DNA of 64,000 nt from Candidatus Aminicenantes bacterium (GTDB lineage Bacteria; Acidobacteriota; Aminicenantia; UBA2199). This document shows positions 19,130 to 30,927 of this stretch, in pieces (positions within the stretch are counted from its first letter, which is position 1; each line of letters begins with the position of its first letter). The notes beneath the pieces were generated by a model. That model was given only the letters and a program-made list of their open reading frames with translations. It had not been told where the DNA came from and made no database searches. The stretch spans positions 218,685 to 282,684 of the forward strand of contig CAVSZS010000005.1 of the NCBI GenBank assembly GCA_963732485.1. Direction: 5' to 3'. The translations under genes were made by a program, and so were the position numbers.

Positions 19130-19525
19130 TTACGCCGGGACGGCGATCTCCCTGACCTTGCTGGCGATGCGCTCCAGTGGCGTTCCGGGAGGGAACACGT
19201 CGCGGATGCCGATCTGTTTCAACTCCGCCATGTCGGCGGCGGGGATGATGCCGCCCAGGAACATCGGCGGCGGCGTGATCTTTTTCTCCCCGTACACGGC
19301 CATGATCTTGCGGCATAGCTGGATGTGGGCGCCGGAGAGAATGCTCAGGCCCACGACGGAAACATCCTCCTGGATCGCCGTGTTGACGATCGTTTCCGGC
19401 GACTGGCGCAGGCCGGTGTAGATGACCTCCATGCCGGCGTCGCGGAGATACTTGGCGACGATCTTGGCGCCGCGGTCATGCCCGTCCAGCCCGGGTTTGG
19501 CGATCAGTACCTTTATTCTGTGCAT
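19130..19525 (-). CDS. Methylmalonyl-CoA mutase-type B12-binding small subunit (split-type)
   Basis: The cobalamin-binding motif DGHDRG is present. Overall it matches the stand-alone MCM C-terminal domains (KVLIAKPGLDGHDRGAKIVAKYLRDAGMEVIYTGLRQSPE). Confidence 0.7.
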   Translation of the reverse strand: MHRIKVLIAKPGLDGHDRGAKIVAKYLRDAGMEVIYTGLRQSPETIVNTAIQEDVSVVGLSILSGAHIQLCRKIMAVYGEKKITPPPMFLGGIIPAADMAELKQIGIRDVFPPGTPLERIASKVREIAVPA

Positions 19526-19636
19526 GATATGGCTATTTTCGCCCAAAAAAATTAAAAAGTCAATGTTTTAACTTGACATTACGGATGAAAAAGTGATAAA
19601 GATTAGCGCAGACGGTTGTTTTCCAGGAGGAGCAGT

Positions 19637-20998
19637 ATGAGTAAAAAAGTGATTGTTTTGGCTGATAATAGCTATACAATCCGCCGCATCGTCGAGCTGT
19701 CGTTCTCGGAGATCGAAAATATCGAGATCCGCAGTTTTGAAAACGGCTCCGGGATCAAGGAAAAACTGCTGCAACTGGCCCCGGCCGTGGTGATTGTCGA
19801 CGTCAAACTGCCGGAGTTCAACGGCTATGACGTGTGCCGCTTCGTCAATGAAACCCCGATCCTGAAAAAATGCCGCGTTTTCCTGATGAAGGGCAGTTTT
19901 GAGCCCGTCGACAACGAAATGCTCAAGAACCTCAAGTATGAGGACATCATCACCAAGCCCTTCGATTCCAACGCCCTGGTCGGCGTCGTCATGAAGATCG
20001 TCAACCAGGACGAGCAGGGCCCGGCGGCCGGATTCCCCGACGAAGGCCCCACGACCTTCCCCGAGGATTTTCCCGAGATCGAAACCGAAGTGCCCGAAAG
20101 CGAGGATATCAGCTTCTCCGATATCCGCGGCGAAATGGATGCCCCGCCGTCGTTCGAACGCCCCGCCGCCGCCGGCCCGATGCTGGAGCGCGACGAGATC
20201 CTGCCCTCCGAGGAGATCACCCAGGGCACGCAGCCGCTCAAGGACAATCTCATGCCCCAGGAAAGCGAGGAGACCATCCGCAATCCCTTCGAAGAAGAGC
20301 CGGCTTTCGAAGAGATCAACATGGCGTCCCCCGCCCCCGCGACCGCCACTCCCCTTGAATATGAGAAAGCGCCGCCAGCGGCTTCGCCCGCGGCCGCCGA
20401 TCACCGCGACGTCTCCGATGAGTTCCATGATCGCTTCCTGGAAATCGCCAACGAGGATACTTCCGAGGACCTGCTCAAATCATCCCTGGTCAATTCGCCG
20501 CTCGCTGATGCCGACGATCTGCAGTTCCCCGTCGAACTCAAGGACGAAGTGCCCGGCGTTGACGAAAAGCTGTCGCTGGAGTTTGAACAGACCGATATGG
20601 GCTCCCCGGCCAAGACCCTGTATGCCGGGCCGGGCAAGACCGATTTTTTCGGCGACGGCCTGAAGGCGCCCGCGGCGAGGGAGCTGGAATTGCCCGTGGA
20701 TAAAGTTCCGCAAAAAGAGCGCAGCCCTGAAAAAGTCAGGCCGGAAGCGCTTTCCCCTCAGGATGAGCTGGCGCGGCTGAGCGGCATGACCAAGCGGGAA
20801 AGCAAGCCCGAGCACCCGCCCGCGGCGGCGGGTCCTGTTGCGGACGCGCAGCGCTTCGAGCTGACCGGCAAGCTGGAAGACAAGCTGAACCAGACGATCA
20901 AGGAATTGCTCTGGGAGATCGTCCCGCCCCTGGCTGAAAAGATCATCAAGGAAGAGATAGACAAGATCAAGACCGAGTTGAACGACAGCGGCCTTTAA
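19637..20998 (+). CDS. Response regulator receiver protein with long acidic disordered region and C-terminal amphipathic helix
   Basis: The receiver domain has the phospho-acceptor Asp (VVIVDVKLPEFNGYD) and conserved Lys (KPF). About 300 aa of D/E/P-rich low complexity follow, then a conserved helical tail. The start is set at the ATG preceded by GGAGG. Confidence 0.65.
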   Translation: MSKKVIVLADNSYTIRRIVELSFSEIENIEIRSFENGSGIKEKLLQLAPAVVIVDVKLPEFNGYDVCRFVNETPILKKCRVFLMKGSFEPVDNEMLKNLKYEDIITKPFDSNALVGVVMKIVNQDEQGPAAGFPDEGPTTFPEDFPEIETEVPESEDISFSDIRGEMDAPPSFERPAAAGPMLERDEILPSEEITQGTQPLKDNLMPQESEETIRNPFEEEPAFEEINMASPAPATATPLEYEKAPPAASPAAADHRDVSDEFHDRFLEIANEDTSEDLLKSSLVNSPLADADDLQFPVELKDEVPGVDEKLSLEFEQTDMGSPAKTLYAGPGKTDFFGDGLKAPAARELELPVDKVPQKERSPEKVRPEALSPQDELARLSGMTKRESKPEHPPAAAGPVADAQRFELTGKLEDKLNQTIKELLWEIVPPLAEKIIKEEIDKIKTELNDSGL

Positions 20999-21018
20999 TA
21001 TTTTTTTGGAGTCTGAAC

Positions 21019-23632
<2,614 letters not shown>

Positions 23633-23649
<17 letters not shown>

Positions 23650-24382
23650 CCCGTTCCGTCTCATCCGGCTGGACCGCTGCCGCTCGACCAGCGACCATAT
23701 CAAGGAGAACTTCGCCCGGCTGGAGAAGGACCTGCCGCTCATGGTTTGCGCCGGCTCCCAGTCCGGCGGCCGCGGGCGTGAGGGCCGCAACTGGGCCTCG
23801 GCGCCGGGGCTCGGGTTGTACGCCACATTCGCCTTCCGCTTCCCCGACACCCGGGCACTGCCTCTCCTGTCCATCGCCGCCGGCGTCGCCGTGGCCGACA
23901 TGCTATGCGCCTGGACCGGAATGGAATTTGATCTGAAGTGGCCCAACGACGTTCTGGCGGGGGGCATGAAGGTCGCCGGCATCCTGTGCGAGAACATGGT
24001 GGCCGGGGAGAAGATCACCTGCCTGGTCGGCATCGGCATCAACGTCAATCAGTTGGCGGAGGACTTCCCGGCCGAGCTGCGGCAGCGGGCCGCTTCGCTG
24101 CGCATGCGCAGCGGGAAGGAATGGCCTCTGGGCGACGGCCGCGGCCGCCTGGCCGCCTGCCTGGCCGACTGGCTGCGGCGCCTGGGCGCCGGGGAGGCGG
24201 GCGCCGTCCTCGATCGCGCCCGGGCCTTGAGCCGCTCATTCCTGGGCCGGGAGATCCAATTCCGCCAGCAGGGGAGCGAGCGGCGCGGCATCTGCCGCGG
24301 GCTGGCCGACGACGGCGGCCTGGTCCTGGAAACGGCGGACGGCGAGGAAAAAATCTTTTACAACGGCGAGGTCATCGGCTGA
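23633..24382 (+). CDS. birA: Biotin--[acetyl-CoA-carboxylase] ligase (BirA-like, no N-terminal HTH)
   Basis: GSQSGGRGREGRNW motif, then the KWPNDV region. Confidence 0.8.
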
Positions 24383-24410
24383 ACGCGGCTCGCGAGCGGG
24401 TGGTCCGGCT

Positions 24411-25169
24411 TCAAACCTTGAAGATGACGTTCAAATGGCAGAGGGTGATCTCGTCCTCGGCCTTCAGCTCGTGCTTGACGCCGGTCTGCAGCTTGTTGCC
24501 GTTCAGGAACGTGCCGTTGATGGCCCCCGGCTCCTCGGAGAGGTAGAACTTGCCGTCCTTGAACTGGATCTTGGCGTGCTTGCGCGAGATGTATTTTTCC
24601 TCGTCCTCGTCGGTCAGGTCGATGTCGGGGACGAAGCCGGTCGTATAGTCGCGCCGGCCCAGGAAAGTCTGGGTTTTGGTCAGCTGCACCAGGCGGTTCG
24701 AGCGCTGGATGATCAGGTAGGCCTTGATCTCGCCGCCGATCTTTTCCGACGTCTGGTCTTCCTTTTTGGCTTCCTTGCCGGCCGCCTTTTCCTTCTGGGC
24801 CGGAGCGGCGGCAGCCTGCTCCATCAGCAGGGATTGGATCTTGATGTGCTTCTCGCTCAATTTTTTCAGGATCTTCAGGGCGATGTCCGGTGTCTGCTTG
24901 AGCATCTCGGTCAGGGATATGTAGGGGATCTTGATCAGGAACGAATCCTCGATGACCTCGACGGTGTAGATGGCGTTCTGCTCGCTGTTCAGGGACTCTT
25001 CGCCGAAGAAATCACCCTTGGTGAGCGTGGCCAGGATCTGGCCCTGGCCGTCGTGCTTCAGCTGCACCTTGCCCTTGTTGACGATGAAAAAGTCGCTTTG
25101 AATGTCGCCTTTCTTGTAGATGACGTCGCCGGCGGAATATTTACTGATGAATTTCTTCAATATGTCCAT
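24411..25169 (-). CDS. Cyclic nucleotide-binding domain / FHA domain fusion protein
   Basis: N-terminal cNMP-binding fold (GDFFGEESL..) and a C-terminal FHA domain (YISRKHAKIQFKDGKFYLSEEPGAINGTFLNGNKL). Confidence 0.7.
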   Translation of the reverse strand: MDILKKFISKYSAGDVIYKKGDIQSDFFIVNKGKVQLKHDGQGQILATLTKGDFFGEESLNSEQNAIYTVEVIEDSFLIKIPYISLTEMLKQTPDIALKILKKLSEKHIKIQSLLMEQAAAAPAQKEKAAGKEAKKEDQTSEKIGGEIKAYLIIQRSNRLVQLTKTQTFLGRRDYTTGFVPDIDLTDEDEEKYISRKHAKIQFKDGKFYLSEEPGAINGTFLNGNKLQTGVKHELKAEDEITLCHLNVIFKV

Positions 25170-25340
25170 TGCGCTTTGCCCGTTATTCTATAGAAGATAT
25201 TTTGCTTTGTCAATTTATCGGGCCGCGCATTTTTCTTTTTCCGGGCGGCGGCTTTCCTTGCCACGAAGGCAAAACTATTCTACAATCACCCCGCCGGCCC
25301 CGCGCGGCCGCGGCGCGACAAACGGTTTCTGTAGGACAAC

Positions 25341-27035
25341 ATGAAGGACGAATTCTCTTTCCTGTACCCCCCGCCCGGGACACTGCGCCGCGGCGATGCC
25401 TCCCTGGATATCCGCAGTGTGTGCTACCCCCTGGAGATCTTCAAGAAATTCGATTTCCTCTTCGAAACCTTCGGCGTAGGCAACCGCAGCCGCGGTCTGC
25501 AGGTCGTTTTTCAGGAGCCGCCCCGCTCGTCCCCGGCGAAGGGCCCCGGAGCGGGGGGCGAGGAGTATGCCATCGATTGCGGCGCGGGCCGGGTCGTGCT
25601 CAGCGCCTCTTCCCCGCGCGGCCAGTTCTATGCCCTGTCCACCTGGTTGCAGGTGCTGGCGTTCCACGGCGGCGCCGGCGTCATGCCCGCCTTCGCCCTG
25701 CGCGACGCGCCGGCCGTTTCTTTCCGCGGGGCCTGCCTTTCCGGTGAGCCGGGGACCCTTGCCGACCCGGCCGTGCTGCGGCGCGCCTTCCTGAAGCTGG
25801 CCCTGCTCAAATTCAATTGCCTGGCCCTGCCGGCCGCGCTGGCCGCGGAGGCGGGTTCGCCCGCAAGCGCCGCCCTGGCCACCCTGGCGCGAAAAACCGG
25901 CATGGAGATCCTTTTCCTGGACCCGGACCCCGGCGCACTCGCCCGCCTCGCTCCCGTTGGCGGCAGGTCCGGCGGCCTTCCCGCCGGCCCGGTACGCTTC
26001 CCCGAAGGCGCCGGCGGGGAAAAAAACTCTCCAGCCGCGTGGTTCGAGTTTTTCCTGGCGCATGGCCGCTCGGCCAAAACCGACGGCAGCGGCACGGCGG
26101 TCTGGGGCGACTTGTTCCTGAGCCACCGGGAATGGATACGCCGGATTCCCCGCGACGTCCTGGTATTGAACCGCGAGCAGGGGCACGAGCGGGGCGATTT
26201 TTTCAAGTCCGCGGTGCGGCCTTTCCAGGAGCACCATATCCGCCAGGTGCTCTGCCCGGCGTTGTGCGGCCGCGGCCGCTTCATCCCTGATGCCCGCGCC
26301 GCCATGGCCCGGGTCAATGCCGCCCTGGCGGCCGTTGAAGCGGGGAAACTGGCCGGGGTGTTGCTGGCCGCCGGCGAGAGTTCCGGGACCGACTGCCTGC
26401 CCGCAGGATCGGCCATGGTGCATTTCCAGGCCGGCTGCCAGCTCTGGAGCGGACGGCCGCCGGGGCCCGCCGCCTTCGGTCGCTGGGCGCTGGGCCGTGA
26501 CGAACCCGACCTGTTCCGCGTTTTTTCGTTCCTGGCGCAGGCCGAACAGCGGCTGCCCCACGCTCATGACCGCTATTTTTTCGAGGATCCCCTGCTGGCC
26601 CCCTATTCCCGGCAGGGCGATCCCCGCGAGATCGAAGCCCATTTCCGCAAGGCCGCCCTGTACCTGAAAAAAAGGCATGTCGCCGCCGATGAGCTGACCG
26701 GGTTCTTTGTTTTCGCCGCCAGGCTCTATGAAGCCATCGCCGCCAAGGTGCAGCTCTCCAGCCGCCTGGCGGCGCTGCTGGAGACGGCCGGCGGCGGCGA
26801 GACGATCCGCCAGCAGGCGGCATGGCTGCTGCGGGCCGTTGTTGAATTGCGGGGGCTTTATGCGGAATTGCGCGGCGGCTTGCTGCCGTCCGGGAGCCTC
26901 AAGGACTTCGACATCCTGGCGGAGCGCTTCACGCAGCTGGGCCGGGCCGCCGCCGCGCCCGACGCCAGGGGCGCCCTGCTGTCGGCGCTGCGGAACAACA
27001 TCCCGCTGAACGCGGCGGATACTTCCCGGCCGTGA
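25341..27035 (+). CDS. Hypothetical protein (possible degenerate GH20-like N-terminal segment, Ala/Leu-rich C-terminal half)
   Basis: 564 aa. RDAPAVSFRG weakly resembles the GH20 domain start (D.PRF.WRG), but the catalytic motif is not conserved. No confident assignment. Confidence 0.35.
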   Translation: MKDEFSFLYPPPGTLRRGDASLDIRSVCYPLEIFKKFDFLFETFGVGNRSRGLQVVFQEPPRSSPAKGPGAGGEEYAIDCGAGRVVLSASSPRGQFYALSTWLQVLAFHGGAGVMPAFALRDAPAVSFRGACLSGEPGTLADPAVLRRAFLKLALLKFNCLALPAALAAEAGSPASAALATLARKTGMEILFLDPDPGALARLAPVGGRSGGLPAGPVRFPEGAGGEKNSPAAWFEFFLAHGRSAKTDGSGTAVWGDLFLSHREWIRRIPRDVLVLNREQGHERGDFFKSAVRPFQEHHIRQVLCPALCGRGRFIPDARAAMARVNAALAAVEAGKLAGVLLAAGESSGTDCLPAGSAMVHFQAGCQLWSGRPPGPAAFGRWALGRDEPDLFRVFSFLAQAEQRLPHAHDRYFFEDPLLAPYSRQGDPREIEAHFRKAALYLKKRHVAADELTGFFVFAARLYEAIAAKVQLSSRLAALLETAGGGETIRQQAAWLLRAVVELRGLYAELRGGLLPSGSLKDFDILAERFTQLGRAAAAPDARGALLSALRNNIPLNAADTSRP

Positions 27036-27065
27036 GTGCGGCCGGGGAAGCGGTCCTGCGGACGG

Positions 27066-29147
27066 CTAGACCCCGTTACACTTCGACCAGCCGCAATTGG
27101 CGCAGGTGGGGCATTTTTCGTCGCTGACGCTGCTGCCGCAGATGGGGCAATTGAGGCCGTTCATATCCTGATGGTGGGTGTTGACCTTGCCGACGTGGGT
27201 TTCCAGCACCTTGGCGATGGCGTCGGGGATCGACTGGATCAGCTGGCCGTTGGAAAAGATCGGATCGGCGCCGCCGATGCCCTTGAGCTGGTTGACCACT
27301 TCCTCGGTTGAGATGCCGCTGCGCAGGGCCAGCGAGATCAGGCGGCCGATGGCCTCGGCGTCGGCCATGGTCGAGTAGCCGCTTTTGCCGATGGAGGCGA
27401 AGACCTCGAAGGGTTTTTTGTTGAAATAGGTGACGGTGATGTAGAGGTTGCCGAGGCCGGTGGAGATTTTGTGGGTGGTGGAGGGGATGGCTTCGGGGCG
27501 TCCGAGCGGCTTGGGTTTTTCCTCGCCGGCCTTGTTCAGCACCTGCACGGCCCGGCAGCCGTCGCGGTAGACGGTGATGCCCTTGATGTTCATGTCGAAG
27601 GCCTGCAGGTAGGCGGCGGCGATCTCTTCGCGCGTCGCCGTGTTGGCGAAGTTGATGGTCTTGGAAACGGCGCTGTCCACTCCTTCCTGGAATACCGCCT
27701 GCATCTTCAAATGATCGATGGGATCGATCTCCTGGGCGGTGACGAAGTAAGCGGGCGGGGTCGCCCCGGGATGCTTTTCCTGCCACTCCTTGAAGAGGGG
27801 ATGGATGTCGCTCATCTCGCTGTCCAGGATCTTGGAGATCACCTGGAAGGCGAATATCGGCTCGATGCTCGAGGAACAGCCCGCGATGCGCGAGATGGTC
27901 CCGGTCGGGGCGATGGTCAGCACCGAGGCGTTGCGCATCTTTTGCCCCTTGTAAACCGACTTCTCGATGTTGGGGAAGCTGCCGCGCGTCTCGGCCAGCA
28001 GGCGCGAGGCCTTGACCGCTTCCTCTTTCATGAACGAGATGATCTTGCGGCCCATGGCGCGCGCCTCCTCCGAGTTGTAGGCGATGCCCATGCGGATGAG
28101 CAGGTCGGCAAAGCCCATGACGCCCAGGCCGATGCGGCGGTTGGCCTTGGCCATCTTGTCGATCTGCTCCAGCGGGTAGAGATTGACGTCGATGACGTCG
28201 TCCAGGAAACGGATGCCCAGCTGGATGATGGCGCGGAATTTTTCCCAGTCCAGCCGTTCGGGCGCTTTTTCATCGTACATGTTGAGCAGGTTGATCGAGC
28301 CCAGGTTGCAGGCCTCGTAGTCGTGGAGCGGCTGTTCGCCGCAGGGGTTGGTGGCGCGGATGGGACCCTGGGGGGCGGTCGGGTTCAGCTGGTTGACCTT
28401 GTCGATGAAGATCAGGCCGGGGTCGCCGTTGCTCCAGGCCGAGTCGACGATCAGATCGAACACCTCCTGGGCGCTGGCCCGGCCGGCCGTGGAACCGTCC
28501 ATGGGGTTGACCAGGTCGTAGGGGGTTTTCTCCTTGATGGCCTGGATGAAGGCGTTGGTGATGGCCACGGAAATATTGAAGTTCTGGGCGGTGATCCCGT
28601 CGCGTTTCATGGTGATGAAATGGGTGATGTCCGGGTGATCGACGCGCAGCACCCCCATATTGGCGCCGCGGCGCGTGCCGCCCTGCTTGACGGCCTCGGT
28701 GCCGGCATCGATGACCTTGAGGAACGAGACCGGTCCCGAGGCGATGCCCTGCGTCTTGCGCACGAAGCTTCCCGCCGGGCGGATGCGCGAGAAATCGAAG
28801 CCGGTGCCGCCGCCTTCCTTGTGCACCAGGGCGGCGTTCTTCACCGTTTCGAAAATGCCGTCCAGCGAATCCTCGATGGGCAGGACGAAGCAGGCGGAAA
28901 GGCACATCTGGCGCTCGGCGCCGGTCAGGGTCGGAGAGTTGGGCATGAAATCCTTGCGCATCATGGCCTGGAAAAAATTTTCCTCCCACAGCTTTTTTTC
29001 GCCGCTGCTCCTTTCGGCCTGGGCGATGAAGCGGCAGACGCGGCGGAACAGCTCCGAGGGCTTGCTCTCCACCAGGGTCCCTTTCTCGTCTTTTTTGAAA
29101 TAACGGGCGCGCAGGATCTTCAGTGCGTTCTCGGGAAAGTTTTCCAT
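27066..29147 (-). CDS. nrdJ: Adenosylcobalamin-dependent (class II) ribonucleotide reductase
   Basis: 693 aa with class II RNR sequence features (NPCGEQPL, radical Cys region) and a C-terminal Cys-rich zinc-ribbon tail (CPICGSS..CPTCANCGWSKC). RBS AAGGAG is present. Confidence 0.9.
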   Translation of the reverse strand: MENFPENALKILRARYFKKDEKGTLVESKPSELFRRVCRFIAQAERSSGEKKLWEENFFQAMMRKDFMPNSPTLTGAERQMCLSACFVLPIEDSLDGIFETVKNAALVHKEGGGTGFDFSRIRPAGSFVRKTQGIASGPVSFLKVIDAGTEAVKQGGTRRGANMGVLRVDHPDITHFITMKRDGITAQNFNISVAITNAFIQAIKEKTPYDLVNPMDGSTAGRASAQEVFDLIVDSAWSNGDPGLIFIDKVNQLNPTAPQGPIRATNPCGEQPLHDYEACNLGSINLLNMYDEKAPERLDWEKFRAIIQLGIRFLDDVIDVNLYPLEQIDKMAKANRRIGLGVMGFADLLIRMGIAYNSEEARAMGRKIISFMKEEAVKASRLLAETRGSFPNIEKSVYKGQKMRNASVLTIAPTGTISRIAGCSSSIEPIFAFQVISKILDSEMSDIHPLFKEWQEKHPGATPPAYFVTAQEIDPIDHLKMQAVFQEGVDSAVSKTINFANTATREEIAAAYLQAFDMNIKGITVYRDGCRAVQVLNKAGEEKPKPLGRPEAIPSTTHKISTGLGNLYITVTYFNKKPFEVFASIGKSGYSTMADAEAIGRLISLALRSGISTEEVVNQLKGIGGADPIFSNGQLIQSIPDAIAKVLETHVGKVNTHHQDMNGLNCPICGSSVSDEKCPTCANCGWSKCNGV

Positions 29148-29185
29148 TCGGCTCTCCTTGCCTATAAATCTAGTTGATGCCCGAT

Positions 29186-29220
29186 TATAAAGCGCTAAAT
29201 GTAGCGTGTCAAGATGGTTT
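29186..29220 (-). promoter_or_regulatory. Predicted sigma-70 promoter of nrdJ (TTGACA-N17-TATAAT)
   Basis: The minus strand reads TTGACAcgctacatttagcgcttTATAAT about 40 nt upstream of the nrdJ RBS. Confidence 0.5.
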
Positions 29221-29240
29221 TTCAGAAAATTTTCTGAAAA
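29219..29240. promoter_or_regulatory. Perfect 22-bp palindrome TTTTCAGAAAATTTTCTGAAAA between divergent nrdJ and mraZ promoters
   Basis: Exact inverted repeat in the sequence, abutting the nrdJ -35 and 7 bp from the mraZ -35. Candidate shared operator. Confidence 0.4.
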
Positions 29241-29246
29241 TTTTTC

Positions 29247-29276
29247 TTGACAACCTGTATTTATATATATTATTAT
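29247..29276 (+). promoter_or_regulatory. Candidate mraZ promoter (TTGACA ... TATTAT)
   Basis: TTGACA at 29247-52 and TATTAT at 29271-76 with an 18-nt spacer. It conflicts with the upstream ATG at 29275, so the true start is more likely the ATG at 29287. Confidence 0.35.
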
Positions 29277-29277
29277 G

Positions 29278-29302
29278 TGGGAGAAAATGGGACAAAATGG
29301 GA
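29278..29302 (+). promoter_or_regulatory. MraZ operator: three TGGGA direct repeats with 5-nt spacers (10-bp periodicity)
   Basis: gTGGGAgaaaaTGGGAcaaaaTGGGAtaa matches the described MraZ binding-site architecture (TGGGN x3, 5-nt spacers) at the 5' end of mraZ. Confidence 0.55.
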
Positions 29303-29778
29303 TAAATGAACGCTTCAGGGGCAGCTATATCGCCACGATCGATGACCGTGGCCGGGTGAAGATCCCTGCCAAATATCTTTCCGTCCTGGACGGGGGCTTC
29401 GGCAGGGAAACCTACCTGACTTCGGTCAACGGCGACCATGTCCTTTTCTATCCCATGAAGGTCTGGCAGGAGATCGAGCGCAAGATCGCCGCCATCCCCA
29501 TGCGCGACCCCGAGATGGAGGAATTCGTCAGCCGCAGCAGCTACTGGGGCACGGAGACCGAAATCGATCCCAAGGGCCGCATCCTGATCCCCGCCGACCT
29601 GCGGGCCGCCAGCAAGCTGGAGAGCGGGCTGCTCATCCTGGGCAAGATCGACTACATGGTGATCTGGAACAAGGAGGTCTTCGAGGCGCGCTACATGGGC
29701 GGTCAGTTCAGCGACGAAAAACTGAACCGGGTCTCGAGGTTGCTCAATGAATTTTCCTCACTACCCCGTAATGAATAG
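29287..29778 (+). CDS. mraZ: Transcriptional regulator MraZ
   Basis: Two DxxxR motifs (DDRGRVKIP and DPKGRILIP). It is the first gene of the dcw cluster. The ATG at 29275 is an alternative start. Confidence 0.85.
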   Translation: MGQNGINERFRGSYIATIDDRGRVKIPAKYLSVLDGGFGRETYLTSVNGDHVLFYPMKVWQEIERKIAAIPMRDPEMEEFVSRSSYWGTETEIDPKGRILIPADLRAASKLESGLLILGKIDYMVIWNKEVFEARYMGGQFSDEKLNRVSRLLNEFSSLPRNE

Positions 29779-30631
29779 GGAGGTGCTGGAGATCTTCGCC
29801 GGCACCCGGAAGAAACTTTTTGTCGATTGCACGGTGGGCGGGGGCGGGCACAGCCAGCGCCTGCTCGCGGCTTTCCCGGAAGCCGGCCTGATCGCGATCG
29901 ACCAGGACGGCGAAAGCCTGGCCCTGGCCCGGGAGAACCTGCGGGAATACGGGGAGCGCGTGCGCTTCCACCAGGGGACCTACCTGCGGCTGTTCGAGGA
30001 CTTCGACTGCCGGCGCCTGGATGTCTCCGGGGTCCTGGTCGATCCGGGGATCTCCACCGTGCAGTTGCGGGACGGCCGGCGCGGCTTCTCCCATACCCAG
30101 GACGGCCCCCTGGACATGCGCAAGGATGCGAGCTCCGGCCTCACCGCCGCCGACGTGCTCAATTCCTTTCCCGAAGAGCGCCTGCGCGACATTTTTTTCA
30201 GTTTCGGCGAAGTGCCCTTTGCCCGGCGCCTGGCCAAAGCCGTGATCGAAAGGCGCCTGTTCACTCCCTGGAGCTCGACGGCGCAGCTGCGGCTTCTCAT
30301 CGAAGGCCTGACCCACTGGCATCCGCGCCGCGGACTGGTGCACCCGGCGGCCCAGGTTTTCCAGGCCCTGCGCATCTTCGTCAACCGCGAGCTCGAGGGC
30401 CTCGACGCCTGGCTGGAGAAGATCCCCGGACAGCTCCCGGCGGGCAGCCGCGTGGTCTTCCTCACCTACCATTCCCTGGAGGACCGGCTGGTCAAGCGCG
30501 CTTTCCAGGAACTGCAGCGCCGGGAAAAAGCCGGGCTGCTGCAACCCTTTCCCGCCAAGCCCGGCCATGACGAGATCGAGGAAAATCTCGCTTCGCGCTC
30601 TGCCAAGTTGCGGGCCCTGGAGGTCGCATGA
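29747..30631 (+). CDS. rsmH: 16S rRNA (cytosine1402-N4)-methyltransferase
   Basis: SAM-binding motif (DCTVGGGGHS), MraW family features, and a position directly after mraZ. Confidence 0.9.
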   Translation: MNFPHYPVMNREVLEIFAGTRKKLFVDCTVGGGGHSQRLLAAFPEAGLIAIDQDGESLALARENLREYGERVRFHQGTYLRLFEDFDCRRLDVSGVLVDPGISTVQLRDGRRGFSHTQDGPLDMRKDASSGLTAADVLNSFPEERLRDIFFSFGEVPFARRLAKAVIERRLFTPWSSTAQLRLLIEGLTHWHPRRGLVHPAAQVFQALRIFVNRELEGLDAWLEKIPGQLPAGSRVVFLTYHSLEDRLVKRAFQELQRREKAGLLQPFPAKPGHDEIEENLASRSAKLRALEVA

Positions 30632-30927
30632 ACAGGCGGCAGCGCTCCCGCTCCGCGATCCGCCTGGCCGTCCTCGCCTTCTTCATTTTTCTCGTGCTGT
30701 TCATCTACTCCAGCATGAACCTGATGAACGTCGACCTGGGCTACCGGCAGCATGAGCTGCTGCTGGCCGAGGGCCGGCTGCGTCTGGAAATCGATTCGCT
30801 GCTGGCGTGCAGGGCCGGCCTGCTGAGCCTGGAACGCATTGAGCGCATTGCCCGCGCGGAGCTGGGCTACCAGTATCCCGAGCCCGGACAGATCGTCACG
30901 GTCGTGGAGAAGGGCCATGAACGCTAA
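30628..30927 (+). CDS. ftsL: Cell division protein FtsL-like (small bitopic coiled-coil protein)
   Basis: 99 aa with a single TM helix (LAVLAFFIFLVLFIY) and a coiled-coil periplasmic part. It sits between rsmH and ftsI. Confidence 0.55.
   Translation: MNRRQRSRSAIRLAVLAFFIFLVLFIYSSMNLMNVDLGYRQHELLLAEGRLRLEIDSLLACRAGLLSLERIERIARAELGYQYPEPGQIVTVVEKGHER

Noticed and set aside
29148-29274. Cobalamin riboswitch or NrdR box upstream of nrdJ
   Set aside because: The 5' leader of nrdJ is only ~40 nt, too short for a B12 riboswitch. The palindrome found (TTTTCAGAAAATTTTCTGAAAA) does not match the NrdR consensus (acaCwAtATaTwGtgt).
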